Virus record (IMG/VR): IMGVR_UViG_3300032312_000844
Location: 1-27,255 of that record
Strand: one strand, 5' to 3'
Length of the DNA: 27,255 nt
From: a virus
Lineage: Duplodnaviria; Caudoviricetes
The notes below the pieces were generated by a model that saw nothing but the letters and a program-made list of their open reading frames with translations, had not been told where the DNA came from and made no database searches. Shown piece by piece: positions 1 to 9,301 of the stretch. The position numbers and the translations under genes are program-made. The first letter of the stretch is position 1, and every line of letters begins with the position of its first letter.

Positions 1-546
1 AACCCAACTCTGTATAGTAAATGAGTTACCATCAAAATAAACATTGGGCACACACTGAGCATAGTTAGCGTCACCGCCTGGGAACACAGCACAGAATTGT
101 CCACCCACTGAGCCGTAGGCCACTGAGCCGTAGATAGTGGCATCATTGTTGTTGTCAGTTAGATCGTACCAAGTGCCTGGACTTGCGGTTCTTGCTAGAC
201 TGTTGATGTTGCGACTATCCAAGTTCAAAATTAGTTCTGCACCAGTTTCTGATTCTTCAATAACTGTGATTTCAGTATCGGGATCAACTGCGGTCCAGGG
301 ACGGCCTACAACTAGTCCGCCTGTGTTTGGATTGTCTGTTAGGCCATTACCATTGTATTTTGTTGGTAGTAGATCAATATCTAGTGTATTAGCAGCTCTG
401 TAGTAAGGCTTTGTTTCATCTACGCTGCCGCTTATAGTACCATCAAGTGCTACAGATTTGCCTTGACGTTTTGCTGTTGCCTTGGCTAATTTTGCAGCTT
501 GCCTTAACTGTTTGGTGGCTAGTTCTGATATTCCGTTTAGGGCCAT
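1..546 (-). CDS. LamG/concanavalin A-like domain protein (probable virion or tail-associated protein), runs off the window
   Basis: Not in the ORF track. ATG at 546 overlaps the upstream stop (TAATG); frame open to base 1: [16 protein letters not shown]...GLVVGRPW...LILNLDS...GTWYDLTDNNNDATIYG...FTIQSWV, a LamG-type pattern. Confidence 0.7.
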   Translation of the reverse strand, partial: MALNGISELATKQLRQAAKLAKATAKRQGKSVALDGTISGSVDETKPYYRAANTLDIDLLPTKYNGNGLTDNPNTGGLVVGRPWTAVDPDTEITVIEESETGAELILNLDSRNINSLARTASPGTWYDLTDNNNDATIYGSVAYGSVGGQFCAVFPGGDANYAQCVPNVYFDGNSFTIQSWV

Positions 547-962
547 TATTTTGCTCCGTAGACCTTGCCTGGATAAATGCTAGGATGTTCTCCTCGGATA
601 TCTGCAGGATGTTTAGGTGTCTGCATACCGCCCCCTGCTGCTGTGGTCACTGCTTCAATACCAGCATATTCTTCTCGTGGAGTATTGGAATATTCTGTAG
701 GTTTGCCGCTGGCTGCTAGATCCACAATCTGTTTAAATCTGCGGATGTCATCTGGAGCATATTCTTCCTTAGAAGCAGTGTCACCTTGTTTATTCATAAA
801 GCTCACAATTTGATCATACGCTGCCATAGTCACAGGACCTTGTTGCGATAATCTAATAACTGCTTCTGCAACATCGTGTAGATCAGCATCTTGTTTAACG
901 TCCTCGCGAGCAAGCTCTAGCAGGCGAATAAACAAGGGCACATCTAGTTTTACAATATCCAT
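546..962 (-). CDS. hypothetical phage protein
   Basis: ORF 546..980; ATG at 962 ([21 protein letters not shown]) is preferred because of a GAGGA RBS and an upstream ATAAATA motif. Confidence 0.7.
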   Translation of the reverse strand: MDIVKLDVPLFIRLLELAREDVKQDADLHDVAEAVIRLSQQGPVTMAAYDQIVSFMNKQGDTASKEEYAPDDIRRFKQIVDLAASGKPTEYSNTPREEYAGIEAVTTAAGGGMQTPKHPADIRGEHPSIYPGKVYGAK

Positions 963-982
963 TTCGAAATCCTCAGTCAACT

Positions 983-998
983 ATTTATCGGTTAAATA
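983..998. promoter_or_regulatory. divergent T4-late-like promoter motifs (ATAAATA on minus strand, TTAAATA on plus strand)
   Basis: ctatttatcg gttaaatact between two divergent genes; resembles the T4 late promoter TATAAATA. Confidence 0.5.
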
Positions 999-1006
999 CT
1001 GTTACT

Positions 1007-2209
1007 ATGATCAACAAAGAACCTTTCAAAAAACTAATATTAAACCTAAAAGATTCCGGAAAATATCGAGTGTTTAACGATATTTTGCGTGAGCGCGGAG
1101 AGTTCCCTAAAGCTCTGTGGTACGGACCTTATAATATCAAAAACATCACCAACTGGTGTTCTAACGATTATCTAGGCATGGGACAGCATAAAGTAGTTAT
1201 AGATGCCATGCATACTGCCTTAGATCAAACAGGTGCAGGTTCGGGCGGTACTCGAAACATTGGCGGGCACAGTCACTATCATGTGGCCCTAGAACACGAA
1301 CTGGCTATGTTGCACAATAAGAGCAAAGCTCTGTTATTCAGTTCGGCTTATGTGGCCAATGAATGGACTTTGATCGCCCTGAGCAAGATCATAGAAAACA
1401 TACAGTTTATTTCCGATTCAAACAATCACAATAGCTTGATCGTAGGTATTCAACATTCACGAGCTCCCAAGCAGATTTTTCAGCACAACGATCTAAACGA
1501 CCTAGAAGATAAGCTAGCACAGAGCAAACTGGCAGGCTACACACCCTGCATAGTTTTTGAAAGTGTTTACTCAATGGATGGTGATGTTGGTCCTATCAAA
1601 GAAATCTGTGATCTTGCAGACAAGTATCAGGCCATTACCTATATCGACGAAGTACATGCGGTAGGACTCTATGGTACTCACGGAGGTGGAAAAGTAGAAG
1701 AACTAGGACTAGAGTCTAGGATCGATATAATCAATGGCACCTTAGGTAAGGCCTTTGGAGTCCAGGGTGGCTATATCGCCGCCGATGCAGATGTTGTTGA
1801 CGCTATTCGTTCAGTGGCTGCTGGGTTTATCTTTACGACATCGATGAGTCCTGTGGCCTGTTCAGGAGCCCTCGCAGCCATTAAGTATCTCAAAGATCAC
1901 AACGAGGTTAGGGTCAAGCATCAAGAACGTGCTCAAAAACTAAAACAATGTCTTGTAGAAAACGATCTGCCATTGATGGAATGTTCTACTACTCACATCG
2001 TTCCTGTTCTAGTAGGCAATGCAAAACGTGCCAAAGCGATGAGTGACGCTTTGTTAAACGATCACAACATCTATGTACAGGCCATTAACTATCCTACAGT
2101 CCCTGTAGGCACAGAGCGTCTGCGCTTTGCTCCTACACCCTATCACGACGATGCCATGATCAGTGATCTGGTGTTCGCACTAAAGACAGTGTTTAGTAAC
2201 GTTGATTAA
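1007..2209 (+). CDS. hemA: 5-aminolevulinate synthase (PLP-dependent, Shemin C4 pathway)
   Basis: [49 protein letters not shown] (PLP lysine), FIFTTS, INYPTVP.GTERLR; 400 aa. Confidence 0.95.
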   Translation: MINKEPFKKLILNLKDSGKYRVFNDILRERGEFPKALWYGPYNIKNITNWCSNDYLGMGQHKVVIDAMHTALDQTGAGSGGTRNIGGHSHYHVALEHELAMLHNKSKALLFSSAYVANEWTLIALSKIIENIQFISDSNNHNSLIVGIQHSRAPKQIFQHNDLNDLEDKLAQSKLAGYTPCIVFESVYSMDGDVGPIKEICDLADKYQAITYIDEVHAVGLYGTHGGGKVEELGLESRIDIINGTLGKAFGVQGGYIAADADVVDAIRSVAAGFIFTTSMSPVACSGALAAIKYLKDHNEVRVKHQERAQKLKQCLVENDLPLMECSTTHIVPVLVGNAKRAKAMSDALLNDHNIYVQAINYPTVPVGTERLRFAPTPYHDDAMISDLVFALKTVFSNVD

Positions 2210-3062
2210 AAGTTAGATAGTCGTAGTACTGTTCGATGCCCTGCTCAATGGGCACAAAAGAATCTACATCAACTCCTGCTGATTTTAGGAATTCAACATT
2301 GGCTTTGGTGTCTATCTGATATTGTTTAACTAGGTCATCGGGCATAGCAATATATTCTTTTTCGCCTGTGGCTGCTATTTCGATCAATCTATCAGCAACT
2401 TCTTCAAAGGATCTTGAAACACCAGTACCAAGATCATAGATACCTTCTTGATAGTTATTGACGAAATGATGTACAGTCTTGGCCACATCCTCTACCCAAA
2501 TAAAGTCTCTACGGTATTGATCGCTGCTGTGGAATAGCTTTATTCTAAGCTCGTTGATCAACTGATAGTACCAATGATAAACTGTGGATGCCATACGTCC
2601 TTTGTGATGTTCGTTAGGACCGTAGACATTAAACAGCCTAAGCACAACACCGTTGGTAATCTCTTGTTCGCTGACATATTTTGAAAAAGCATAATGATTT
2701 AATGGCCCTGACCCATTACCATAGACCGCAGCTGAACTAGCAAAGATAAACTTTTTATCGTGTTCGGCACAGATATCGTGCCAGCGTCTTGTTGATTCGA
2801 CATTGGTCTTATAGATGCTGCTCCAATCTCTTTCTAAGGTAGAACTGTTAGCACCAAAGTGTATGACACAGTCAAAGTCTTTGATATCTGTGATGATCTC
2901 TTGTGTGCTGTGTAATCCTAGAAATCTCTTGCCTATGAGATTGCTATATTGATCGCCCGAGGGCAAATCATCAAATAGATAAACATCAGTAATACCTTGT
3001 TTGTTTAGATATCCTAGTATGACACTACCAATAAAACCACCTGCACCTGTAAGAGCTATCAT
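2193..3062 (-). CDS. hldD: ADP-L-glycero-D-manno-heptose 6-epimerase-like extended SDR
   Basis: [12 protein letters not shown] motif, [13 protein letters not shown] catalytic motif, [25 protein letters not shown]; heptose operon context. Confidence 0.88.
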   Translation of the reverse strand: MIALTGAGGFIGSVILGYLNKQGITDVYLFDDLPSGDQYSNLIGKRFLGLHSTQEIITDIKDFDCVIHFGANSSTLERDWSSIYKTNVESTRRWHDICAEHDKKFIFASSAAVYGNGSGPLNHYAFSKYVSEQEITNGVVLRLFNVYGPNEHHKGRMASTVYHWYYQLINELRIKLFHSSDQYRRDFIWVEDVAKTVHHFVNNYQEGIYDLGTGVSRSFEEVADRLIEIAATGEKEYIAMPDDLVKQYQIDTKANVEFLKSAGVDVDSFVPIEQGIEQYYDYLTFNQRY

Positions 3063-3820
3063 TTTATTTCCTTTAATGTAGGTGCATACACACCTAGATG
3101 TTGCACTGTTATAGACGCTGCACGATTTGCAAACGCTACAGCCATTGCTATGTCTTTGGTAACCAAATATTGATAGGTCAATGCGGCAAGGAAGGTATCG
3201 CCTGCACCTGTCACGTCTACTACTTCTACTTTAGGTGCGGGTTCATGTACATCATGATGTACGATCCTAGCACCCTTTTCGCCTTCAGTAACTATTAGTC
3301 CTGAGCATTCTGATTTTATTTTACTATACTCTAGACTATTGATCTTTACCCATGCACCTTGCATACGTTCCAGATCTGTTTTCTTAGTATCAACAAACAC
3401 AGGAATTCTAGTAGCTATTGCTTCTTCAACAAGGTCATAGGAAACCGTGCCTTTGTTGTAGTCGCTAATGACAATAGCATCGTAGACTTTAGGTGTAGCT
3501 ATTTTAAACTCGATGGGCTGTGAGACAACATCGTTGTCTATTCTAACAATCTGCTGTTTGCTGCGGCTATCGATTAATCTAGTCTTTTGGCTTTCATTAC
3601 CATGAAGGAAGTTTACATCACAGCCTAGAGCTTCTAAGTTATCAGCGACGTTACCGGCCATGCCTGCACGAGTTTCCTTGTGTGTGGGCACAAACACAGG
3701 TACCGGAGCTTCTGGACTGAGTCTATCAATAGTTCCGTATTGATAGATATCCAGACACTTATCTCCTATTAATAATATCCTGTATTTTGTTTGTGGTTGA
3801 GTATTGTTCAAGTCTGTCAT
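3059..3820 (-). CDS. hldA: heptose-7-phosphate kinase (stand-alone RfaE/HldE kinase domain, PfkB family)
   Basis: IGDKCLDIY.YG...RLSPEAPVPV, AGNVA.NL..LG, SDYNKG, DVTGAGDTF. Start may lie a few codons downstream. Confidence 0.88.
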   Translation of the reverse strand: MTDLNNTQPQTKYRILLIGDKCLDIYQYGTIDRLSPEAPVPVFVPTHKETRAGMAGNVADNLEALGCDVNFLHGNESQKTRLIDSRSKQQIVRIDNDVVSQPIEFKIATPKVYDAIVISDYNKGTVSYDLVEEAIATRIPVFVDTKKTDLERMQGAWVKINSLEYSKIKSECSGLIVTEGEKGARIVHHDVHEPAPKVEVVDVTGAGDTFLAALTYQYLVTKDIAMAVAFANRAASITVQHLGVYAPTLKEIK

Positions 3821-4160
3821 AGAATCTTATTTGTTTGCAGTATTCAGCACCTATGATGGGCTTGTCTTTGTAGTCGCTGCCTTTGACCATAATGTCTGGT
3901 TCAAAGTTTTTAATATAGTTTATCAGTTCTTCATTAGTATCGAAAACGTCTACCCTATCTACAGCTTTGAGCGCGAATAAAAAAGTAGCACGTTCATATT
4001 CTGTATGGATAGGTCTTTCCGAACCTTTGAGTTCTTTTACACGACGATCGCTGTCTATAAGAACATACACATAAGACTCAGGGAACGATTTTGCATATTG
4101 CAGTAGTCTAAGGTGTCCGATGTGTAAGATATCAAAGGTTCCATTTACAATCACTTTCAT
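3759..4160 (-). CDS. hldC: heptose-1-phosphate nucleotidyltransferase (stand-alone RfaE/HldE domain II)
   Basis: NGTFDILHIGH (HIGH motif), SDRRVKELKG.ERP, PDIMVKGSDY, C-terminal YSTT. Confidence 0.88.
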   Translation of the reverse strand: MKVIVNGTFDILHIGHLRLLQYAKSFPESYVYVLIDSDRRVKELKGSERPIHTEYERATFLFALKAVDRVDVFDTNEELINYIKNFEPDIMVKGSDYKDKPIIGAEYCKQIRFYDRLEQYSTTNKIQDIINRR

Positions 4161-4771
4161 GGTAGGCTTTCAACGAACTCTGCGAGATTATCAAAGATCT
4201 TTACTTTGCGAGCGATATCTCTATAAGCGTATCTTTTAAGATCTTTTTCAGTTTCAAGACCATAGCCTGTTCTCACTAAGATAGGCTTAGCACCTATCTT
4301 CAATGCGGCTTTGAGGTCTTTCATCTTATCGCCTACATAATATCCTTGATTGAACTTGATATCCTTTTGATCAGCTTCGCATTTTTTAAACATACCTACA
4401 TTAGGTTTAGCAAATGGATCGTCCTTGCGGCTAGATGCAGAATAATAGATGCCGTCGATACTAGAACATCCTGCCTGTCCTAATAGGTCCAGCATATGAT
4501 AGTGTAGAGAATCAACATCTTCAGGAGTATACAAACCTTTTTCTATACCGCCCTGATCTGTGATGATAACGATCCTATAACCCTTGCGTCTAAGAGCAGC
4601 AATAGATTCAAGACTTCCTTCGATGGGATCAAAGTCTTCTTTCTTCCAGCAGTAGGTGCCAAGGTCTCTATTGATAACCCCGTCGCGATCAAGACCGATC
4701 ACGCACTTGGTCTTGAACTCGCCTCCTATCCAACTAAGCGTCGGTTGGTTGGTCTGCTGGTTTGGTTGCAT
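4157..4771 (-). CDS. gmhB: D,D-heptose 1,7-bisphosphate phosphatase (HAD family)
   Basis: LDRDGVIN, ITDQGGI.KG, KPNVGMF, VGDKMKD, LVRTGYG motifs. Confidence 0.88.
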   Translation of the reverse strand: MQPNQQTNQPTLSWIGGEFKTKCVIGLDRDGVINRDLGTYCWKKEDFDPIEGSLESIAALRRKGYRIVIITDQGGIEKGLYTPEDVDSLHYHMLDLLGQAGCSSIDGIYYSASSRKDDPFAKPNVGMFKKCEADQKDIKFNQGYYVGDKMKDLKAALKIGAKPILVRTGYGLETEKDLKRYAYRDIARKVKIFDNLAEFVESLP

Positions 4772-5135
4772 TCTGACTGTCTCCTGGAATAATCCTATAG
4801 TTGTCTTCTACAGAATCTGCTGTGCTAACTTCGAAGATCATTGAGTTTGGTGCGAGAGCGATCAGTTGATGTGGCATCATCGGCGGGTTACGCCATACCT
4901 CTCCCTCGCTTAACACTTTTTCGTGAAAGGTAGCGGTCTTGGTATCGCACCATATCAACTTGAACTGTCCTGCGTTGACAAACCAAGTTTCGTCTTTTTC
5001 TTTGTGGAAGTGCATGCTGAACCTTGCACCCATTTTTTCAAATACCATGATCTTACCACAGTATTTGTCGTTGGTGGCCCAAATGATTTCGTAGCCCCAA
5101 CCTTTGTCTACTTTACCTTCTAGTCTTTGTGTCAT
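4734..5135 (-). CDS. cupin-fold sugar-phosphate isomerase-like protein
   Basis: [18 protein letters not shown] (metal-binding His/His/Glu), [13 protein letters not shown]; mannose-6-P isomerase-like cupin pattern. Confidence 0.75.
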   Translation of the reverse strand: MTQRLEGKVDKGWGYEIIWATNDKYCGKIMVFEKMGARFSMHFHKEKDETWFVNAGQFKLIWCDTKTATFHEKVLSEGEVWRNPPMMPHQLIALAPNSMIFEVSTADSVEDNYRIIPGDSQNATKPADQPTDA

Positions 5136-5722
5136 GGTCTTTTCTCAATGATTTTATCAATGAGTCCGTATTCTAATGCTTCTTCTGCGCTCATGAACTT
5201 GTCACGATCCATGTCACGCTCAAACTCTTCGTAGGTCTTACCTTTAGTATTGTGCTTGACATACAGTTCTGTAAGACGGTTTTTAATATGCATGATCTCT
5301 TTGTAAGAGATTTCGATATCAGATGCCATGCCACGAGCCCCGCCACTTGGCTGATGGATCATGTGTCTTGCATTAGGCAACATAAATCGTTTGCCTGGTG
5401 CACCTGCATTGGCCAGGAACGATCCCATAGAGCAGGCCTGGCCCATGACATAGGTAGCCACGTCAGGTTTAATAAACTGCATGGTATCGTATATAGACAT
5501 ACCGGCTGTGACTACACCGCCGGGGCTGTTGATGAACAGATTGATATCTTTATCTGGGTTTTCGCTTTCTAAAAATAGTAGCTGAGCAACGATTAGATTC
5601 GCCATATGGTCCTCTACAGGACCATTTAACATAATGATTCGCTCTTTGAGAAGTCTACTATAGATATCAAAAGCTCTTTCGCCCTTTGAAGTAGATTCTA
5701 CTACCATCGGTACTAGTGTCAT
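5132..5722 (-). CDS. clpP: ATP-dependent Clp protease proteolytic subunit
   Basis: LVPMVVE...[29 protein letters not shown] (Ser), HQPSGG (His), DRD.FMSAEEA.EYGLID (Asp). Confidence 0.97.
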   Translation of the reverse strand: MTLVPMVVESTSKGERAFDIYSRLLKERIIMLNGPVEDHMANLIVAQLLFLESENPDKDINLFINSPGGVVTAGMSIYDTMQFIKPDVATYVMGQACSMGSFLANAGAPGKRFMLPNARHMIHQPSGGARGMASDIEISYKEIMHIKNRLTELYVKHNTKGKTYEEFERDMDRDKFMSAEEALEYGLIDKIIEKRP

Positions 5723-5749
5723 AGAAATCCTTGTTGTTAGTGAACTGTT

Positions 5750-5778
5750 AGTATAAAAGTTTTTGTGGCAGAAAGCAA
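5750..5778 (-). promoter_or_regulatory. sigma70-like promoter for the clpP-heptose operon
   Basis: Minus strand TTGCTT-N17-TATACT upstream of clpP; overlapped by the imperfect palindrome TGTGGCAGAAAGCAACA (5764-5780). Confidence 0.55.
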
Positions 5779-5884
5779 CACATTTTTTAGTCTTATACTA
5801 TTATATCGTTTTGTTCATTGACACAACCTTATTCTGAGTATAACATTGTATTTTGTTAAATACCATTAACAACCCCCAGATAAA

Positions 5885-6397
5885 ATGAGTACTTTACTTT
5901 TAAATGCAGACATGCAACCAATCAGCTTACTTCCGCTATCTACTGTAGATTGGCAGGAAGCTATTCGCTATTTGGTTTTGGAGAAGGCCGAAGTCCTAGA
6001 ATGGCACGAAGATTGGATCGTGAGATCCGCTCGTTGGGAAACCCGTGTGCCAGCTGTACTGATGCTCAAGGAGTACCAACGACCAAAAAGCACTATACGT
6101 TTATCAAAGCGTAATGTATTCTTGCGAGATCGATACAAGTGTCAGTATTGCGGCAACGAAGTTACAGATCAAACTGCTACACTAGATCACGTCCATCCTG
6201 TGAGTCAAGGCGGTAAGACCACTTGGGAAAACTCTACCACTGCCTGCAAGCCCTGCAACTATCGCAAGGCTGCACACGTGGGCAAGTTCAAACCAAAGAT
6301 CCTTCCCTACAAGCCTCACTTTTGGGACCTCGTAGAGAAACGCAAGGAAAAGGGTTACCACCTAGGTCATCCTAGCTGGGCCGTATATCTAGGTTGA
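5885..6397 (+). CDS. HNH endonuclease (McrA/HNH_5-like)
   Basis: LLLNAD..P, RNVFLRDRYKCQYCG, TLDHVHPVSQGGKTTWEN..TACKPCNYRK. Confidence 0.9.
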   Translation: MSTLLLNADMQPISLLPLSTVDWQEAIRYLVLEKAEVLEWHEDWIVRSARWETRVPAVLMLKEYQRPKSTIRLSKRNVFLRDRYKCQYCGNEVTDQTATLDHVHPVSQGGKTTWENSTTACKPCNYRKAAHVGKFKPKILPYKPHFWDLVEKRKEKGYHLGHPSWAVYLG

Positions 6398-6422
6398 CTT
6401 AAATCTCTTAAGGTGTTATTAT
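6394..6422 (+). promoter_or_regulatory. sigma70-like promoter upstream of the endonuclease-methylase pair
   Basis: TTGACT-N17-TATTAT, followed by an AGGAG RBS. Confidence 0.6.
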
Positions 6423-6446
6423 TTTAGCATCTTAGGAGATATTTCC

Positions 6447-6977
6447 ATGCAACGACAAGACGGATTCAAAGGCGGTATTCAAAGTGGCACAGTAGCCACT
6501 GACTCTCACGCCAAACAACTTGATCACGATCTTAAATCTATACAACAGGAACTGGCCACTGAACTTAAAGAACAAGGCTTTACTTGTCGTAAGAAGCTAG
6601 AAAAAGATTTTTTGATCGAGCAAGGTGTGTTAGTAGGCTGCGAACCCGACGGCGGACTTTGGTTCAAGGGCGGAAAACTCGTGGCAGCTTTTGAAGGCAA
6701 GAAACAGGGCAAAGGCGGAAACGCCATTGAGCGATGGGAAAAGAACTACAATATTTGTAAGAGTCTTAACCCAGATATCAAATACATTACCTTTGGCGCT
6801 AGGGAAGGTTTCGAAAGCGACGGCTATCCCTACAAGTATGCCAAGACTATGTTGAACAGAGAAAACAAAGAATTAAATACTTTGTACGAACAAGGACAAA
6901 GTTGGTTTGTGAATCCCCAGGGGTTCGCAAAAGAAGAGATTAGATCCATAATGAAACAGGCATTGATAGGCAAATAA
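6447..6977 (+). CDS. EcoRI/MunI-like PD-(D/E)xK type II restriction endonuclease
   Basis: PDGG...FEGKKQG..GNAIERWEKN parallels EcoRI PDGG...EAKHQG...GNAIERSHKN; its stop overlaps the methylase ATG. Confidence 0.72.
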   Translation: MQRQDGFKGGIQSGTVATDSHAKQLDHDLKSIQQELATELKEQGFTCRKKLEKDFLIEQGVLVGCEPDGGLWFKGGKLVAAFEGKKQGKGGNAIERWEKNYNICKSLNPDIKYITFGAREGFESDGYPYKYAKTMLNRENKELNTLYEQGQSWFVNPQGFAKEEIRSIMKQALIGK

Positions 6978-7918
6978 TGAAACCACTATACATCTGGGCA
7001 GGCGGCAAGAACAAAATGATTCCTAAGTATCAGGCGAACCCTGGTATTCCCTATTCTGGTTATGATACATTTGTAGAGCCGTTCTTTGGAGGTGGTGCCA
7101 TGATGGTGCATATCTTCCAAAATGCTCCCCTGGTCAAGCGTTTTATTATGAACGATATCAATCCAGAGATAGTGGGCATTTATCGAGCTATCAAATCTGA
7201 TGTACAAAACTTTCTCAATAGAATGGATGTGCTCCAGGCAGCGTACCTGCCGTTATCTAAGGTAGATCGTAAGAAGTTCTATTATGATCTACGCACAGAG
7301 TACACTACAAACTGGACACAATGGAACAGCACAGACGAATCCGCTACATTGTATTTCTTAATGAAGACTGGGTTCAATGGCATTTGGCAAACTAATCAAA
7401 CTTCTAATGGAAGATTTGCTACCCCATCTGGATTGTTAAATCAAACTACCAAAGTCTACGATCGAGACAATGTCTTAGAATGGAATGTCTTCTTGCAAAA
7501 AGTTGATATCTTCTGTGGCGATTGGAGAGCCTGTGCTGAATCTGTAGAAGGTCGTGCATTTTATTTCATGGATCCGCCCTATCGCGACAGTTTCACACAA
7601 TACGGACAGATCTTCGATGACAACGCACACATACAGTTAATCGATTTCTGTAAGCAACGTGATCTGGCAGGTGATTTGGTTTTCTACTGTAATCGCGATG
7701 CTGGTGACGACTTCTACGACCTTAATCGCGGACAGTTAGTAGAAGCAAAATATCCTATTACATATACAGCAGGTCGTCGTAAACAAACCAAAGACGAAGA
7801 AACAGGCAAAGTTTCACACGCTGCCAAATCTGCTACCGAAATACTGCTTCACAGTCCGTCTATCCAAAAGACTGTCCAAACTCCTGTTATTGAAAAGTTC
7901 GTAGAAATCGTTGATTGA
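6977..7918 (+). CDS. N6-adenine DNA methyltransferase, Dam/D12 (alpha) class
   Basis: WAGGK, FVEPFFGGGA (motif I), NDIN, GFNG, FMDPPY (motif IV). Confidence 0.92.
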   Translation: MKPLYIWAGGKNKMIPKYQANPGIPYSGYDTFVEPFFGGGAMMVHIFQNAPLVKRFIMNDINPEIVGIYRAIKSDVQNFLNRMDVLQAAYLPLSKVDRKKFYYDLRTEYTTNWTQWNSTDESATLYFLMKTGFNGIWQTNQTSNGRFATPSGLLNQTTKVYDRDNVLEWNVFLQKVDIFCGDWRACAESVEGRAFYFMDPPYRDSFTQYGQIFDDNAHIQLIDFCKQRDLAGDLVFYCNRDAGDDFYDLNRGQLVEAKYPITYTAGRRKQTKDEETGKVSHAAKSATEILLHSPSIQKTVQTPVIEKFVEIVD

Positions 7919-7943
7919 CAACACCTGATATTTCTGTTATACT
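7915..7943 (+). promoter_or_regulatory. sigma70-like promoter for the ligase operon
   Basis: TTGACA-N17-TATACT. Confidence 0.7.
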
Positions 7944-7968
7944 ATTGATATAGTAAACATTTTCAGGA

Positions 7969-9300
7969 GTGATCGTGAGAACTCAACCACAGGCTATTAT
8001 TCAACGTCTTGAAGCAGACAACAGCCGTCTAGCTAAAGAAGCTATCATTGCAGATGCTATGACTGAAGGACTCGACGAGTTCTTTGAGGGTGTTCGTATG
8101 TGTTTGGACAAACTCTATACATTTGGTGTCAAGCAAGTACCTGTCAAAGAAGAAGATGCAGGCCAAGGACTCAGTTGGGACAACTTTAAACAACTAGCCG
8201 AGAGTCTTTATCGACGTGAACTCACTGGACATGCCGCACGTGATGCTATTAAGTTAGCCATGGACGTGGCTACCAAAGAACAATGGAACGATTGGTATCG
8301 CAGGATTCTTATTTCCGATCTTCGCTGTGGCGTTTCTGAAAAGACTGTGAACTCTGTAGCTAAGAAGCAAAAGAAATCACAGTATGCAGTACCTGTATTT
8401 GAGTGTATGTTGGCGCACGATTCTGCTAATCATGAAGCCAAGGTCACAGGAAAGAAACTGGTAGAACCTAAACTAGATGGTGTTCGTGCTATCACTGTAG
8501 TCAACTACGAAAGCCGTACTGTTACAATGTACACACGTAACGGTAAAGAACTGGCAAACTTTCCACACGTTATCAAAGCATTTGAAGACAATCTAGATAA
8601 TTTTGGTCGTAGTTATATGTTCGACGGTGAAGTTATTTCTAAATCATTCCAAGATTTAATGAAGCAGGTTCATCGCAAAGATAATGTGCAGGCACAAGAT
8701 GCTCGCCTAATGTTGTTCGATGTTGTTCCACTTGTAGAGTTTAAAGCTGGCAAGAGTGTGATGGGACAACGTCGACGTTCTAATATGCTGAAGAACTGGC
8801 AAAACATTTTCAATGACAGTGGCTGTATCGATATCGTTCCTCAACAAGAGTTCGATCTCGATGTGCTCACTGACGAAGTCTTGTTCAAAGACTACAACAA
8901 AGAAATGGTTGAAGCTGGATTTGAAGGCATTATGATCAAATCAGTCGATGCACCCTATGAGTGCAAGCGAAGCACTTCTTGGCTCAAACAAAAACCATTC
9001 ATCGAAGTTAGTCTTTCAGTGACTGCGGTCGAAGAAGGTACAGGACGTAATGTAGGTAAACTAGGTGCTATCGTATGTGAAGGTGTCGATGATGATAAAA
9101 CGATTGTGGTCAATGTTGGTTCAGGTTTTACGGACGAACAGAGAGCAGAATTCTGGGAAGCTAAAGATAGCCTCATTGGGCAGGTCGTAGAAGTCCGTGC
9201 GGATGCAGCGACTCGGAGCCAAGATAGTGAAGATACATGGTCACTACGGTTTCCGCGGTTCCTTAGATTCCGTGGCTTTACAAAAGGTGAAAAGATCTAA
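7969..9300 (+). CDS. lig: ATP-dependent DNA ligase (T4 gp30-like)
   Basis: EPKLDGVR (adenylated Lys), FDGE, FDVV, EGIMIK, YECKRS..WLKQKP, VGSGFTD, SLRFPRF. Start may be GTG at 7975. Confidence 0.96.
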   Translation: MIVRTQPQAIIQRLEADNSRLAKEAIIADAMTEGLDEFFEGVRMCLDKLYTFGVKQVPVKEEDAGQGLSWDNFKQLAESLYRRELTGHAARDAIKLAMDVATKEQWNDWYRRILISDLRCGVSEKTVNSVAKKQKKSQYAVPVFECMLAHDSANHEAKVTGKKLVEPKLDGVRAITVVNYESRTVTMYTRNGKELANFPHVIKAFEDNLDNFGRSYMFDGEVISKSFQDLMKQVHRKDNVQAQDARLMLFDVVPLVEFKAGKSVMGQRRRSNMLKNWQNIFNDSGCIDIVPQQEFDLDVLTDEVLFKDYNKEMVEAGFEGIMIKSVDAPYECKRSTSWLKQKPFIEVSLSVTAVEEGTGRNVGKLGAIVCEGVDDDKTIVVNVGSGFTDEQRAEFWEAKDSLIGQVVEVRADAATRSQDSEDTWSLRFPRFLRFRGFTKGEKI

Positions 9301-9301
9301 G

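Noticed and set aside
105-134. 15-bp tandem duplication CCACTGAGCCGTAG(G/A)
   Set aside because: In-frame two-copy duplication (YGSVA/YGSVG) inside the LamG gene; most likely simple slippage.
137-813. Plus-strand ORFs 137..403, 447..719 and 577..813
   Set aside because: Antisense shadows of better-supported minus-strand genes; no RBS or recognisable motifs.
5885-6397. HNH (and GIY-YIG at 17329) as intron- or intein-associated homing elements
   Set aside because: Both are free-standing with their own promoters; the flanking genes are not split.
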